This document shows positions 36,107 to 48,100 of a stretch of 64,000 bases of DNA, in pieces. The translations under genes and the position numbers were made by a program. Under the pieces are notes generated by a model. That model was not told the origin of the DNA. It made no database searches and worked only from the letters and a program-made list of their open reading frames with translations. Source of the stretch: Balamuthia mandrillaris (Eukaryota); contig JAVKOQ020000072.1 of the NCBI GenBank assembly GCA_031835245.2, positions 1 through 64,000 of the forward strand. The letters run 5' to 3'. Each line of letters opens with the position of its first letter. The first letter of the stretch is position 1.

Positions 36107-37228
36107 TTAAAAGGCGACTCCCTTTTCTCTGTCGATGACGTGCTGGTCGACGCGCATCCAAAAGACTGTCTTCTCTTCCAAGTAATAAGCCACCACCGAC
36201 TCTGTGGTCTGTTTTGTTGTTCAGAAAGAAAGAAAGAAGACAGAAGGAAGAAGCAACTTACAAAGCCAGCACTTTCCAGCATTCCTTTGATCATACCGGC
36301 CACAAAGGCAGCACAGTTCATGGATTCATAGTCCTTTGGCACCGATACGAACTTGTTTACAGTGGCGTCATCGTCCTCCGATGGCGTTATCGTGTCTAGT
36401 TTACAAACACAACAACAGGACGAAAAACGATATCAACAAGAGAGCCATCAGAAAGAGTTCAAGTATTTGATAGAAACGTTACATTCGTTCTCTTTGGTAG
36501 GGAATCTTCCAAGCACAGCAGGTTTGCCAAAGAGAGACTTCCAAACGTTCTCGCAGATGAACCGAAGGAACTTTTGCAGCTCCGTCTCTCGTTTGAAGTT
36601 CTTTTCTCGGTAGCTCACCAACTCCAACACTCGTTCACCGATCGGATAGCCGATCTCCGCTAACCTTTTATTTAACAAAACGTGTTCCAGTGTTACAAAG
36701 TAATGAGAAGAGAGAAGAGAGAAGAGAAAAGAGAAGAGAGAAGAGAGAAGAGAGAAGAGAGAAGAGAGAAGAGAGAAGAGAGAAGAGAGAAGAGAGAAGA
36801 GAGAAGAGAGAAGAGAGAAGAGAGAAGAGAGAAGAGAGAAGAGAGAAGAGAGAAGAGAGAAGAGAGAAGAGAGAAGAGAGAAGAGATGCAGAGAACGAGA
36901 GAACGAGAGAAGTCTTAAGCGGAGAGGGAGAGAACAAGAGTAGCAAGAGGAGAGTTTGGCCAGGAAAAAGAAGCAGGAGAAGAAAGAACAAAAACAATAG
37001 CGCAGTATATAAGTACTTGTCTTCCATCCCATTGACGTCGTTGTGCCGAGCGCGGGTGTAAGAAACCAGTTCTGAAAACAAGTAGCCAAAAGCGCTCAGC
37101 GTGACCTTTGGCACAATTAGAAAGAAGTGGTGCGATTATAATACAAAGACTACCCAAACCTCTTTCTTGCCTTTGCTGACGGGACGATCGAGAATATTAT
37201 TTTTGCCGCCGTCCTCGGGATGCATCAT
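36107..37228 (-). CDS. TRAPPC5: TRAPP complex subunit 5 (Trs31)
   Basis: NILDRPVSKGK, VTLSAFGYLFSELVSY, GYPIGERVLEL, VWKSLFGK, NKFVSVPKD, NCAAFVAGMIKGML. Confidence 0.93.
36705..36885. repeat. Intronic heptamer (GAGAAGA)n
   Basis: Directly visible. Confidence 0.95.
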
Positions 37229-37466
37229 CTTCGAGCGCTTTTCTTTCTTTTGATCTTTTTTGTATTTGGCTTCAGTTGCCGATGAACTGGCATCTTTGCC
37301 ACATTCCGGTGGCATAAAAGCCAAATTTTCAGCTGCCTGGCATATGGCGATATATCGTGATTGGTCGATTTTCCACCAATCAGAAAAATTGATTGGATTT
37401 TCCATATTTTCGAAGAAGAAAAAAAAGTATAAATGAATGAATTATCGACGATAGAGAGTGAAATAA

Positions 37467-37871
<405 letters not shown>

Positions 37872-38165
37872 AAAAAAAACCAAACATCGCTTGCTACTTT
37901 TTTTCCCCCCTTTTGTAACTAGTTACTTCTTCTCTCCAAACCCCAATCGATCAACCAACAACGATTTTCTACGGTTGTGAACATCTCGCAACTTTTATTT
38001 TTGGCTCAATCAAACGGTCTCCCGCTTTTTTCTCTCGCTCTCACTCTCTCCCTCTCGTTCTGGCCTGTTAACGGTTTTTAACCTCTCTAATCTTCTTGCG
38101 TAGCGGTGTGGACACGATCAATGTGTGACCGATGATGAGTTCCATTCGTTCTTTCGTCGTGTCAG

Positions 38166-38900
38166 TCAGTAGGTAAGATGAGTGACCTGAAAGCCATGCT
38201 CATGGGCAAGATACCCCGCGATAGCGTTCCTGTGGCAAAACCGGTGGTCGCTGCACGCGCACAAGATGGCCACTCCTCCCGCCTGGCTGCTCGTCGTCAT
38301 CATCTTGAGGACCTTGTCCCTCAGCCGCCGGGTCAACACCTCCCCTCCCTGTTGCAGCAACACCACGTAAGGCACCGGGTGCTCGGGGCCCTCCGGGAAC
38401 AGCGCCTCCTCCTCCACGTCCTTGAAGACGTTGCCCAGCTCCTGGTAGTGCTCGTACTGGATGCCCTGGCGGGGGAGGTGGTCCGCCAGGCCGTTCTGGC
38501 TAAAGTCCTTGTTGTAGCCGCAAAAGGGGCGGATGCGAGCGTCCACCAGGCAGCCGATGTTGCCCTCCTTCAGCAAGCGGATGAAGTCCTGGATGTTCTG
38601 AGCGCCGGCATAAGTGGCGGTGTAGATGGTTGGCCCGGTTTGCCCTTGTTGTTCTTGCGTTTGTGGTGTCACACCAGCGCTGGTGGCTGCCACGTAGGAG
38701 TAATCTTTTCTGGCTTTGCCCTCCACTTCAGAGGTTGGTGAGGATGAAGGAGCAGCTTTGCCCCTTCCTCCACCTCCACCTTTGTTGTTGCCGCCACGCT
38801 TTGGGTTGGACTTGTTGGAAGTAGCAGCAGCGGTAGTAGGCTGACGATAGGTCGGCCGGAACTGCGGCTGCGTTGTGGATGCTTTGGCTCCTCCCCACAT
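38166..38900 (-). CDS. DUF488-family protein, intronless CDS
   Basis: IYTATY...FIRLLKEGNIGCLVDARIRP...FSQNGLADHL...IQYEHYQELG...VAILCACSDHRFCHRNAIA...FQVTHL follows the DUF488 pattern. Confidence 0.8.
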   Translation of the reverse strand: MWGGAKASTTQPQFRPTYRQPTTAAATSNKSNPKRGGNNKGGGGGRGKAAPSSSPTSEVEGKARKDYSYVAATSAGVTPQTQEQQGQTGPTIYTATYAGAQNIQDFIRLLKEGNIGCLVDARIRPFCGYNKDFSQNGLADHLPRQGIQYEHYQELGNVFKDVEEEALFPEGPEHPVPYVVLLQQGGEVLTRRLRDKVLKMMTTSSQAGGVAILCACSDHRFCHRNAIAGYLAHEHGFQVTHLTY

Positions 38901-39044
38901 GTTGTTGTTGTTGTTTGCCCTTGTCGTTGCTTCTATCGTCTCTCTTTTGTTTCGCTCTTTCGTGTTCTTCTCTCTCGTTCTCGCTTCAGTGAAACCATAG
39001 CGGGATCAGTGTCGTGTTGGCGTTAGTCTGCCTCGTTCTTTATT

Positions 39045-39100
<56 letters not shown>

Positions 39101-39723
39101 AAGAAGAACATGATGAAAGAGGAGATCGAAAGAAGAGGAACGGAAGCATCCTCATCGAGGCCTCCCGAGAGGTGTTGGGCTCTCATCGTTTCTCCTGCTT
39201 CTTGCGTTTGTCCGCTTCTGTCCGGTACCCCTGCGATTCGGGCGCACACCATGTCTCCCCTTAAATCGTCCAGCCATCAATTTTTTTTCGTCCGCGTTGC
39301 CTATTCGGCTCGGACAGTTTTTGCATGGGAATGGGTACGCGTTCCTTTCGCAGCACCAGCTGATCTATTGGGGCATTCGCCCAGAAACCGGCGAAACGGG
39401 CCAGGACAGAAAAAGAAAAAAAAGGAAAAGGAAAAAAAATCGTTCTTCGCTTAATTTTTAATTTGTGTGTGAGAGAGAACAGAACGCGTCTCTCTTGTCC
39501 CTCCCTTCATTCTTTGTCCCTCCTCTCAGCAAAGATCCAGACAGACTTGTAGCGCAAGAAGAGAAGGAAGGTTTATTTTCGTTTCTTTTTTGGAACCTTT
39601 CTTGTTTTTCGGTACTGTTTTTCTTTTTTTTTTCGGGTCCGTGTGTTACTCAGATTTTTATTTTTCCTCCTCCTTGCAATCTCATCAAACACAGGGTTGG
39701 TTGATTATACATACTCGAAAGAG

Positions 39724-42700
39724 ATGTGGCCACAACAAGGAGGCTACTACGATCCCTCGCAGCAGCAGCAGCAAGGAGGCGGTTATCCTCCTCCTCAACT
39801 GCAAACCGGTGGCGACTTTTTCGGTGGCGGCTTTGCAGGCATCCCACCGGCCACTGGCGGTTTGCCCCCCTCTGGTTATGGTGGTGCCTATGGCCCTCCC
39901 CCAACGGACCACACTGGTGGTGGTGGTTGGGGTGTCCCTCCACAACACCAACAACAAGGAGGAGGCGGTTGGGGTGTCCCTCCTGCTGGTGGTGGCTATG
40001 ATTACAGCCAACAACAACAGCAAGGAGGAGGATGGGGTGCTACCCAACAGCAGTACCCCCCTTCTGGTTATAATCAAGGAGGAGGAAGTGGAGTAGGTGG
40101 TTGGGGAGGACAGCAGCAAGCACCTCCACCACAACAAGGCGGAGGAAGTGGAATAGGAGGTGGTAGTGGTTGGGGAGGACACCCACAACAACCTACTCAA
40201 CAGCAGCAAGGAGGTTGGGGTGGTCATCAACAACAAGGACCACCGCAACAACAGGGAAGCGGCAGTTGGGGACATCAGCAACAGCAAGTGCCACCACAAC
40301 AGGGAAGCGGCAGTTGGGGTCATCAACAACAGCAAGGGCCACCTCAACAACAACAGCAGCAGCAACAAGGACCTCCACTACAACAAGGTGGAGGTAGTTG
40401 GGGCCATCAGCAACAACAGCAAGGGCCACCTCAACAACAACAGCCACAACAAGGAGGCGGTTGGGGAGGACCACAGCAGCAACAAAAGGAACAACCACAA
40501 CAGCCGCAAGGAGGTCCACAACAAGGAGGAGGCGGTTGGGGGGGTCAACAACCCCAGCATCCGCAGCAGCAGCAACAACAACCGCAGCAACAACAGCAAC
40601 CTCCCCAACAACAGCAACCACCTCAGCACACGCAGCAGCAACAACAGCAACCTCCACAACAACAAGGACCCGGTGGCTGGAGAGGAGGCCCGCAGCAACC
40701 TCCCCAACAACAACAACAACAACCACCACCACCTCAGCATACGCAGCAGCAACAACAGCAACCTTCTCAAAAGCCACAGCAAGGAGGTCCCCAGCAAGGA
40801 TACCCTTCACAACAACAACCGCCACAACAAAGAACGGGAAGTGGTTTTGGAGGACCCGCTCAACAACAACCACCAACAGAAGCAGGCAAGACCTTGGCGC
40901 CTCCTGTTCGGGGTCCCTTCCCTGCTGGCAGCGGTGGCCCACAAGCTCTTTCTCCTGGAAGAGGAGGCCCGCAGGCTCTTTCGCCTGGCAGAGGTCCACA
41001 AGCTCTTTCGCCAGGTAGAGGAGGTGCCCCCGCCACAATGAAGGGGGAGCTCATCTCAGCGGCTGGTGCCGGAGACAGCAAACATGCCTATAGCACGGAA
41101 GAAACCAGGTCGTTCTCTGAGCACATCAACGATGTTTTGGGTAACGATCCTTACCTGCGTAAACACCTTCCCCTGAACCCCAACTCTATGGACTTGTTCG
41201 AAAAGGTGGCTACCGATGGTGTCCTTCTCTGGTACATTCTCATCCTTCTTTGTTTTTTTTTTCTCTCCATCCTTTTGTCGTTCTTCTCTTGTCTAATGTT
41301 CATTTTTTTTTCCTGCATTCAAATAGCAAACTTGTGAACGCAGTCAGACCAGGCACCATCCCAGAAAACAAGATTTGCACCAAGGAAAGCATGAATACCT
41401 TCGAAGTTAGTCAGAACCATATCATGGCTATCGAGGGCTGCAAAAAGATCGGCGTGCATGTTATTAACATCGGCCCCTCCGACTTGATGAACAAGACACC
41501 CCATCTCATCCTCGGTCTCGTGTGGCAGGTCATTAAGATCGGATTGTTGGACCAGATCTCTGTGGAGAAGCATCCAGAGATGATCGCTTTGATGGAGGAA
41601 GGAGAGGATGTGCAGCACTTTGTGAACTTGGCGCCAGAAGAAACCTTGTTGCGTTGGTTCAACTATCATTTAAAGAGAGCTGGAAGTCCTAGGCGTGTTA
41701 CCAACTTCTCCAGTGACATTAGGGTCTTATATCCTCTCTCTCTCTCTCTCTCCTCTTCCTCTACTTCATCTTACAATTTTTGTAATTTAGGATTCGGAGA
41801 ATTATTTGGTATTATTGAACCAGTTGAACCACGATCAGTGCCCGTTGCAGCCTGCCTTGAGCCAACAGGATCCTCACCAAAGGGCTGAACTCATGTTGCA
41901 GAACGCTGATAGGTTGGGCTGTCGTAAATTTGTCGCTCCCGGAGACGTTGTTTCTGTATGTTTTATACTCTTCGCTTTTCGTCTCTTTTTTCTTTCTTCT
42001 TATGGGAAACCAAACAGGGCAACTCGCACTTGAATCTTGCCTTTGTGGCTCACTTGTTCAACCAACATGTGGGCATTGAGGACGACCGCGACGCTGAGCG
42101 AGCGGCCAGGCTGAAGCACGAGGCCGAGGAAGCGTGGAAGCGAAAGATGGCGGAGGAGGAGGCCCGACGCAAGTCCCAATGGGAGTCTGAAGAAGCGGAA
42201 TGGCGCAGGAAAATGGCGGACGAGCAATCCAGGATGAAGGGAGAGTGGGAAAGGGAGGCCGCCGAGAGAAGGGCTCGTTTGGAGGCTGAGGAGCGAGCGC
42301 TCAAGGATCGCCTTAGACAACAAGAGGAAGAGGCCAACAGAAGACTCAGAGAGGAGGAAGCTGCGAGGAAGAAGAGACTAGAGGATGAGGAGAGGGCCAG
42401 AAGAGAGCAATGGCAGCGTGAGGACAGAGAAAGGCAAGAAAGGCAGAGAAAGGAAGCGATGGACGCCGAAGCAAGAAGGAGAGCGGAGGAGGAGCAGCGG
42501 AGAATCGAGGAGGAGAGAAGGAGATACGAGCAGGACATGCGAAGGAGGCAGCAAGAAGCCGAAGAGCAGGCCAAGAGACAGTACCAACAGCAAATGGAGA
42601 TGCAGAGAATAGAGCAGGAGAGACTGCGTCAGCAGCAAGCTTGGGAGGAGGAGCAAATGAGGATACAGAGGATGCAATGGGAGGAAGCGCAGAGAAGAGC

Positions 42701-43325
42701 TTGGGAGGAGGAACAGAGGCGCATCCAGCAGCAACAGACCGTTGTCACTTCCACCACCGTGAGCAACGTCATACAGAAGCTTTTCATCACTGGTTCGTAT
42801 TCTCCTTCATGATCTGCTTCTTCTCCCTTCTCTGCTTCCCTTGCGTTCTTTCTATGTTTACTTACACATGAGCAGTGGCGGAGGCCAGAAATCTTCGAAG
42901 AGCAGACAAATTTGGACTGGGCAAACCAGATCCTTACTGCATCCTTCAGCTCAGGGACCAAAAGTTCCAAACCCGAAAGGAGAAGTCCACGACCAACCCT
43001 GTGTGGCATCAAGAATTTGCTTTGTACGTACTCATTGCTTATCCTCTTGTTGTTTCTTTTTCGTTATCTCTCTCTCTCTCTCTCTCTCTCTCGCTCTTGA
43101 GGCTTATTTTGCATCTACAGTGGCCACTTTGCTCCAAGCGACGAACTGGTCATCTCCCTCTTTGACCGCGACAAGTTCAGCAAGGACGACTTTTTGGGGC
43201 AAGTGGTGCTGCGCCGCAAGGACCTCGTGGAGGGAACCGGAAGGTGGTACCCTCTTCAGGCCAGACCGGGCATCGGCGACAAGGTTCGTGGCGAGCTCTT
43301 CCTGCAAGTGAGGACCGGCTGGTAA
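39724..43325 (+). CDS. Fimbrin/plastin-type tandem CH actin-binding protein with Q/G/P-rich N-terminus, ER/K helix and C-terminal C2 domain
   Basis: FSEHINDVL, DGVLLCKLVN, VINIGPSDL, HLILGLVWQVIKIGL, PEETLLRWFNYHL, LNLAFVAHLFN; C2 motifs KPDPYC, TNPVW, FDRDKFSKDDFLG. Exons join in frame. Confidence 0.88.
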
Positions 43326-43471
43326 AAACAAATGGACGCTCAACAACAACAACAACAAAATGGAGAAGCGTTCTTGTATCTTTCTTTCCTTCTTCTTTTT
43401 GTGTTGGCATGTGAATACAAAAAGAGGGTTGTGGTTTCATTGAGCCATTCTTGCCGGAGGAGAGCAGTTGA

Positions 43472-43502
<31 letters not shown>

Positions 43503-43866
43503 AATAGTGGTGGAAAGGGAAAAATAGAGTGACAGGGAAGTCACAAGCACGCTGTGGTTGTGCGGGGGAGTGTTTTCATTTTTGGCGGCATTATCATTTT
43601 GGTTGGTTTTTCTGCAGTGAATCAAAAAAAAGGAGTAGTGGAGGGGGATCGATTGATTGATTGTTTTTTTGATCCACTTCTTTCTGTAAAGAGTGAAACT
43701 TTTTTTTTTGAACCTAGAGGTGGAAGAAGTGTGAAGTTACTCTTTTTTTTTTTGATTCGATTCGATTCGTTTTTTCAAGCCCGAAGAGCATTAATTTTTT
43801 TAAAAAAACTGAGCAGTGGGAGCAAAAAATCCAAGAGGCCTCAAGTGGTCTCACTCACACGACGCG

Positions 43867-44941
43867 ATGCAAATATTTATCAAGACGATGCGCAACGAGA
43901 CGCGCACCGTGCAAGTGCTGCCCACAGATACCATCCGCCAGGTCAAAGAGAAAATCAAACAAAGAGAAAGTATGTTTTTCCCCCCAACTGGGACGACACG
44001 TTTAAAAAACATAAATAAGATTAACTCCCTTTTGCATAGATTTGCCGATCGAAGTCATGGTTTTGAGTTTTGGTGGGAAAGTGCTTCGGGATGAACTGTC
44101 TTTTCGAGACTACGCCATTCACAAAGGTAAGAATTCTCCTTCGTTCATTTATGTCAGGTCCTGTTTTTGGCCTAACCCTTTCCTCTCGTTTCCTCTCCTC
44201 TCTCTGCTCTCTCTTGCTTTAGAGTCGACCATATTTCTGACTGCAACATCCTGTGCACGAACAAGCTATTCTTCTCCTCCACCTTCGTTTCCTTCCTCTT
44301 CTTCCTCCTCCGCATCTTCTATTCGAACAACAACAAACTCAGCTCTCCCTCTATCGTCCCAACTTCCTCCCTCACCATCAGACTCCTTTTCGTCTTCTTC
44401 CTCTCTCTTCTCTCCTTCTCCTTCTCTTTCTTCTTTGTCTGTATCATCATCCTCCTCTTCGTCCTTCTTCTCTCCTCCCTCTTTATCTGTACCTTTGTCC
44501 TCTTTCGCCTCTCAACCGTCTTCTTCTTCTCCCTTCCCGCCATCTCCTTTTTCCTCTGCGTTCCTAACAACAAACACAACAACCGAGACAACAATGACAC
44601 CTCCTCCTATACAATACCCTCAACCGCCAGCCTACTCCTTCTCGCTGTACAACAATAACGCGGCTGTTGACTCGCATCGCACCACAGTTACTCCAACAAT
44701 CGGCTGCAAACGGAAGTGCTCCTTTCTTCAGCCCTCCTCATTCAACCCAACCGCTAGCTCTTCAAGTTGCTGCCAAGTGTGCAGCATCATGCAGCCTTCC
44801 CCCTTTTCGTTGGTGGCTTTCTCTCGCTGTGGTCATGTGCATTGCAGGGACTGCGTTGCCACCTTTGGGGACTCTTGCAGGCTGTGCCGTTTTCGACAAG
44901 ACCAAGTGCAAGCCATCCACGCTGATCCTGTCCGCAGCTAA
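43867..44941 (+). CDS. Ubiquitin-like domain plus Ser-rich linker plus C-terminal RING-type finger
   Basis: MQIFIKTMRNETRTVQVLPTDTIRQVKEKI...LSFGGKVL...YAIHKESTIFL without the terminal GG; CQVC...CGHVHCRDC...CRLC. Confidence 0.8.
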
Positions 44942-45119
44942 AAAAAAAAGAACTTCCTTGCCACCATCCATGTCGTCGCGAACACAGATAATCAAGACGA
45001 CACGAAAATTTTCCCGCCATTTTTGGGTTTTCCCGCCTTTTTTTGTTTTCCTATTTTTACAGAGGAAAATAAAATAAAAGAAAAAAAAAATAAATAGCAA
45101 AAAAAAAAAAAAAAACACA

Positions 45120-48100
45120 ATGGCGGAAAGGGGAGCGAAGCGCGGAGGAGGCCGCAGCGGACGGGCGGCGAAAGGAGGAGGGAAGGAAGAACGCCCCGCT
45201 GGGCGAAGAACGCAAGTAGCGAAGAAGAAGGTAGACGAGGAGGAGGTGGAAGAGGTGGAGGAGGAGGAGGAGGAAGAAATGGAAATAGAAGAGGAGGAGG
45301 AAGAAGAGGTAGATGAAGAAGAGACCACAAAAAAGCAAGGTAAAGCGAAGCGAAACGGAAAGAAAACCAACTGGGACTTTGAGGAGGAGGAAGAAGAGTA
45401 CAGCGCCGGGCGGAACAAGAAAAAGGCAACAAAGGCGACCAAACGCAAGCCACGAACCAACAACAGCCGTTCCAAAAAGCACCAAGGCAGCGACGACGAT
45501 GACCACTCTGATAATGAAGAAGACGGTGAAGAGGAACAAGAGAAAGCGTCAGACAACAGAAAGAAACCCACCAAAGCGAACCGTACCACCACCAACAAAA
45601 CCAACAAAAACAAGCTTCCCCCGTCGCTGTTGAACCTCGATCTGGGTCCTCCACGCCCCGCCGGCGCTCGTCTCATCATCCACAAGCTGGAGCTGGAGAA
45701 CTTCAAGTCCTACGCCGGCGTGCGCGTAGTCGGCCCCTTCCACAAGTGCTTCACCTCGGTGGTAGGTCCCAATGGCAGCGGCAAGTCCAACGTCATCGAT
45801 GCCCTCCTCTTTGTCTTTGGTAAGCGGGCCAAGCAGCTGCGTCAGGCCAAAGTCAGCGACCTCATCCACTGCTCCGAGCAGTATCCCAACCTGCAAACAG
45901 CTCGCGTCTCTGTTCACTTTTGTGACATTGTGGACAAGAAGAGCGACCATCAGGCGGAAGAACAAGGAAGAGAAGGAAGGGGAGAGGACTTTACGGTGGT
46001 GCCAGGCTCTCAGCTAGTGCTGACGAGAGAGGCCACGAAGAGCAACAGCAGCAAGTACTACATCAACGGCAAGGCGAGCAACTACACCGAGGTGACGGCG
46101 CTGCTGCGCCACCGTGGCATCGACCTGGACCACAACCGCTTCCTCATCCTGCAAGGAGAAGTCGAGCAGATCGCCCTCATGAAACCCCGCGGACAGAACA
46201 AGAACGACGTGGGCATGTTGGAATACCTGGAGGACCTCATCGGCTCCAACGAGTTTGTGGAGGCCATCGAGGAATCAGGCAAGCTGGTAGAGAGCTTGAG
46301 CGAGGAACGCAACGAGCAGGTGGCGAGGGTTCGCATTGTGGAGAAGGAGAGGGATGGCTTGGAGGCCGCCAAGAACGAAGCCATGGAGTATATCTACAAG
46401 GAGAAGGAAATCATGGAAAAGCAGTCGATCTTGTATCAGTTGGGCAGAGCCGAGGCTCAAGCCAAGGTCACTGCAGCGGCCAAGAAGAAGGCAGAGATCG
46501 AGAGCAAATGGAAAGAGGAACAGGAGAGAATGGCGACGATGCGCAAAGAGCTCGGCGAGAAGGAAGCAGGATTCAAGAAAGAAAAAAAGGAGTATTCGGC
46601 GCTCGAGAAGGCCATGCAGACCGCCAAAAGCGACTTTACTGTTTATGAACGCAACGATGTGCAGATGAGACAGGACATGAAGCATCTTAGCGGCAAGAAG
46701 AAGACGCTAGCCCAGACCCTTGCCAAAGAGACGAACAAACTGGAGGAGAAGCGTCAACAGATTGCAGAGCTGGAACGAACCATCCCAGGGAGTGCTCGCC
46801 GTTTAGAGGAGTTGCGCGGACAGCTGATCGTGGAGGAGGAGAAGCTCTCTCGCATCTACGAGGGACTCAAAGGAGAGACCTCTGGCCTTCATCATCAAAT
46901 GGAGGAGAAGCAAAAGCAGTTGATGCCCAGCCAGAAGAAGATCAACGCCGCTCGTGCCGAGATAGAGCTCTGTCTTTCCAAAAAGGCCATCATCGAAGAG
47001 CGACTGGCTGGCGTGGAGCAACGATTTGCTCAGGACAAAGAGGCCCAGGCCGCCATCGACCAGAAGCTTCTTGACACGAAACAAGCCGCCAAAGAGCGAC
47101 AGAAGGAGCTCGCTCAAGCCAAGCAACAGAAGGAAGAACTCTCCGCGCAGCTCAAGAGCTGCATCGAGGAGGAGGCGCAACTCGCTGATCGCGTTCGTGC
47201 TCTTCAACTCCTCATCCAACAATCGGAGGAAGCTCAGAGCAATGTTCAAATGCAATCCAAGCTCATGCGCCGCTTGTTGGAGGCCGGCAGGGAGGGTACC
47301 CTCCAAGGCGTTCACAACCGTTTGGGTGATCTGGGCAGCATTCACGCCAAGTACGATGTGGCCGTCTCTACAGCGTGCCCTGCCTTGGACCACATTGTGG
47401 TGGACAGCACGGAGGACGCTCAACGCTGCGTGGAGCTGCTTCGAGCGGAGGACTTGGGTAGGGCCACGTTTATTATCCTCGACAAGCTGCAGTACTTGGA
47501 GAAGAAGGCGAAGAGAACGGAAGCGAACGGAGGGACAGGATTTCCAGAGGGAGTGCCTCGGTTGTTTGACCTGATTCAACCGTTGGATCCGAGATATGAC
47601 TTGGCGTTTTATCAGGCTCTTCAGGACACTCTTGTTGCCAACGACGTGGAACAAGCCACTCGCATCGCTTATTCCTCTTCTGGGGGAAGCAACAAACGGT
47701 ACCGAGTGGTGACATTGAAAGGAGAACTTATCGACTTGTCAGGCACCATGTCTGGCGGTGGAAGCAATCCTCTCAGCGGCAAAATGAAGACCTCATCTTC
47801 CTCTTCTTCCAGAACAGCTGCTTGTTCCGCCGATCCCTCTCTCCTCTCCAAGAAAGAATTGCATCTCAAACAAAAAGAACTGCAACAATGCACTGAACAA
47901 CTCGCCTCTCTTCGCAAACAACGACAGGAGCTTTCTCAACAACTGGAATCCAACGAAGCTCTCCTCAACTCTCTCCCCCTCGACCTGAAAAAAATGAAGA
48001 TGGAGTACCAAGCCCTCCAAAGCCAAAAGGAGGAGGTGCAACAACGGCTCGCCTCGCTGCAGCAACAAAGCAAACTCTCCGCCAAAGAGGAGAGCTCTCT

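Noticed and set aside
37872..38000. Metazoan-type histone 3' stem-loop after H4
   Set aside because: No GGYYYTTYTNARRRCC-like hairpin is visible.
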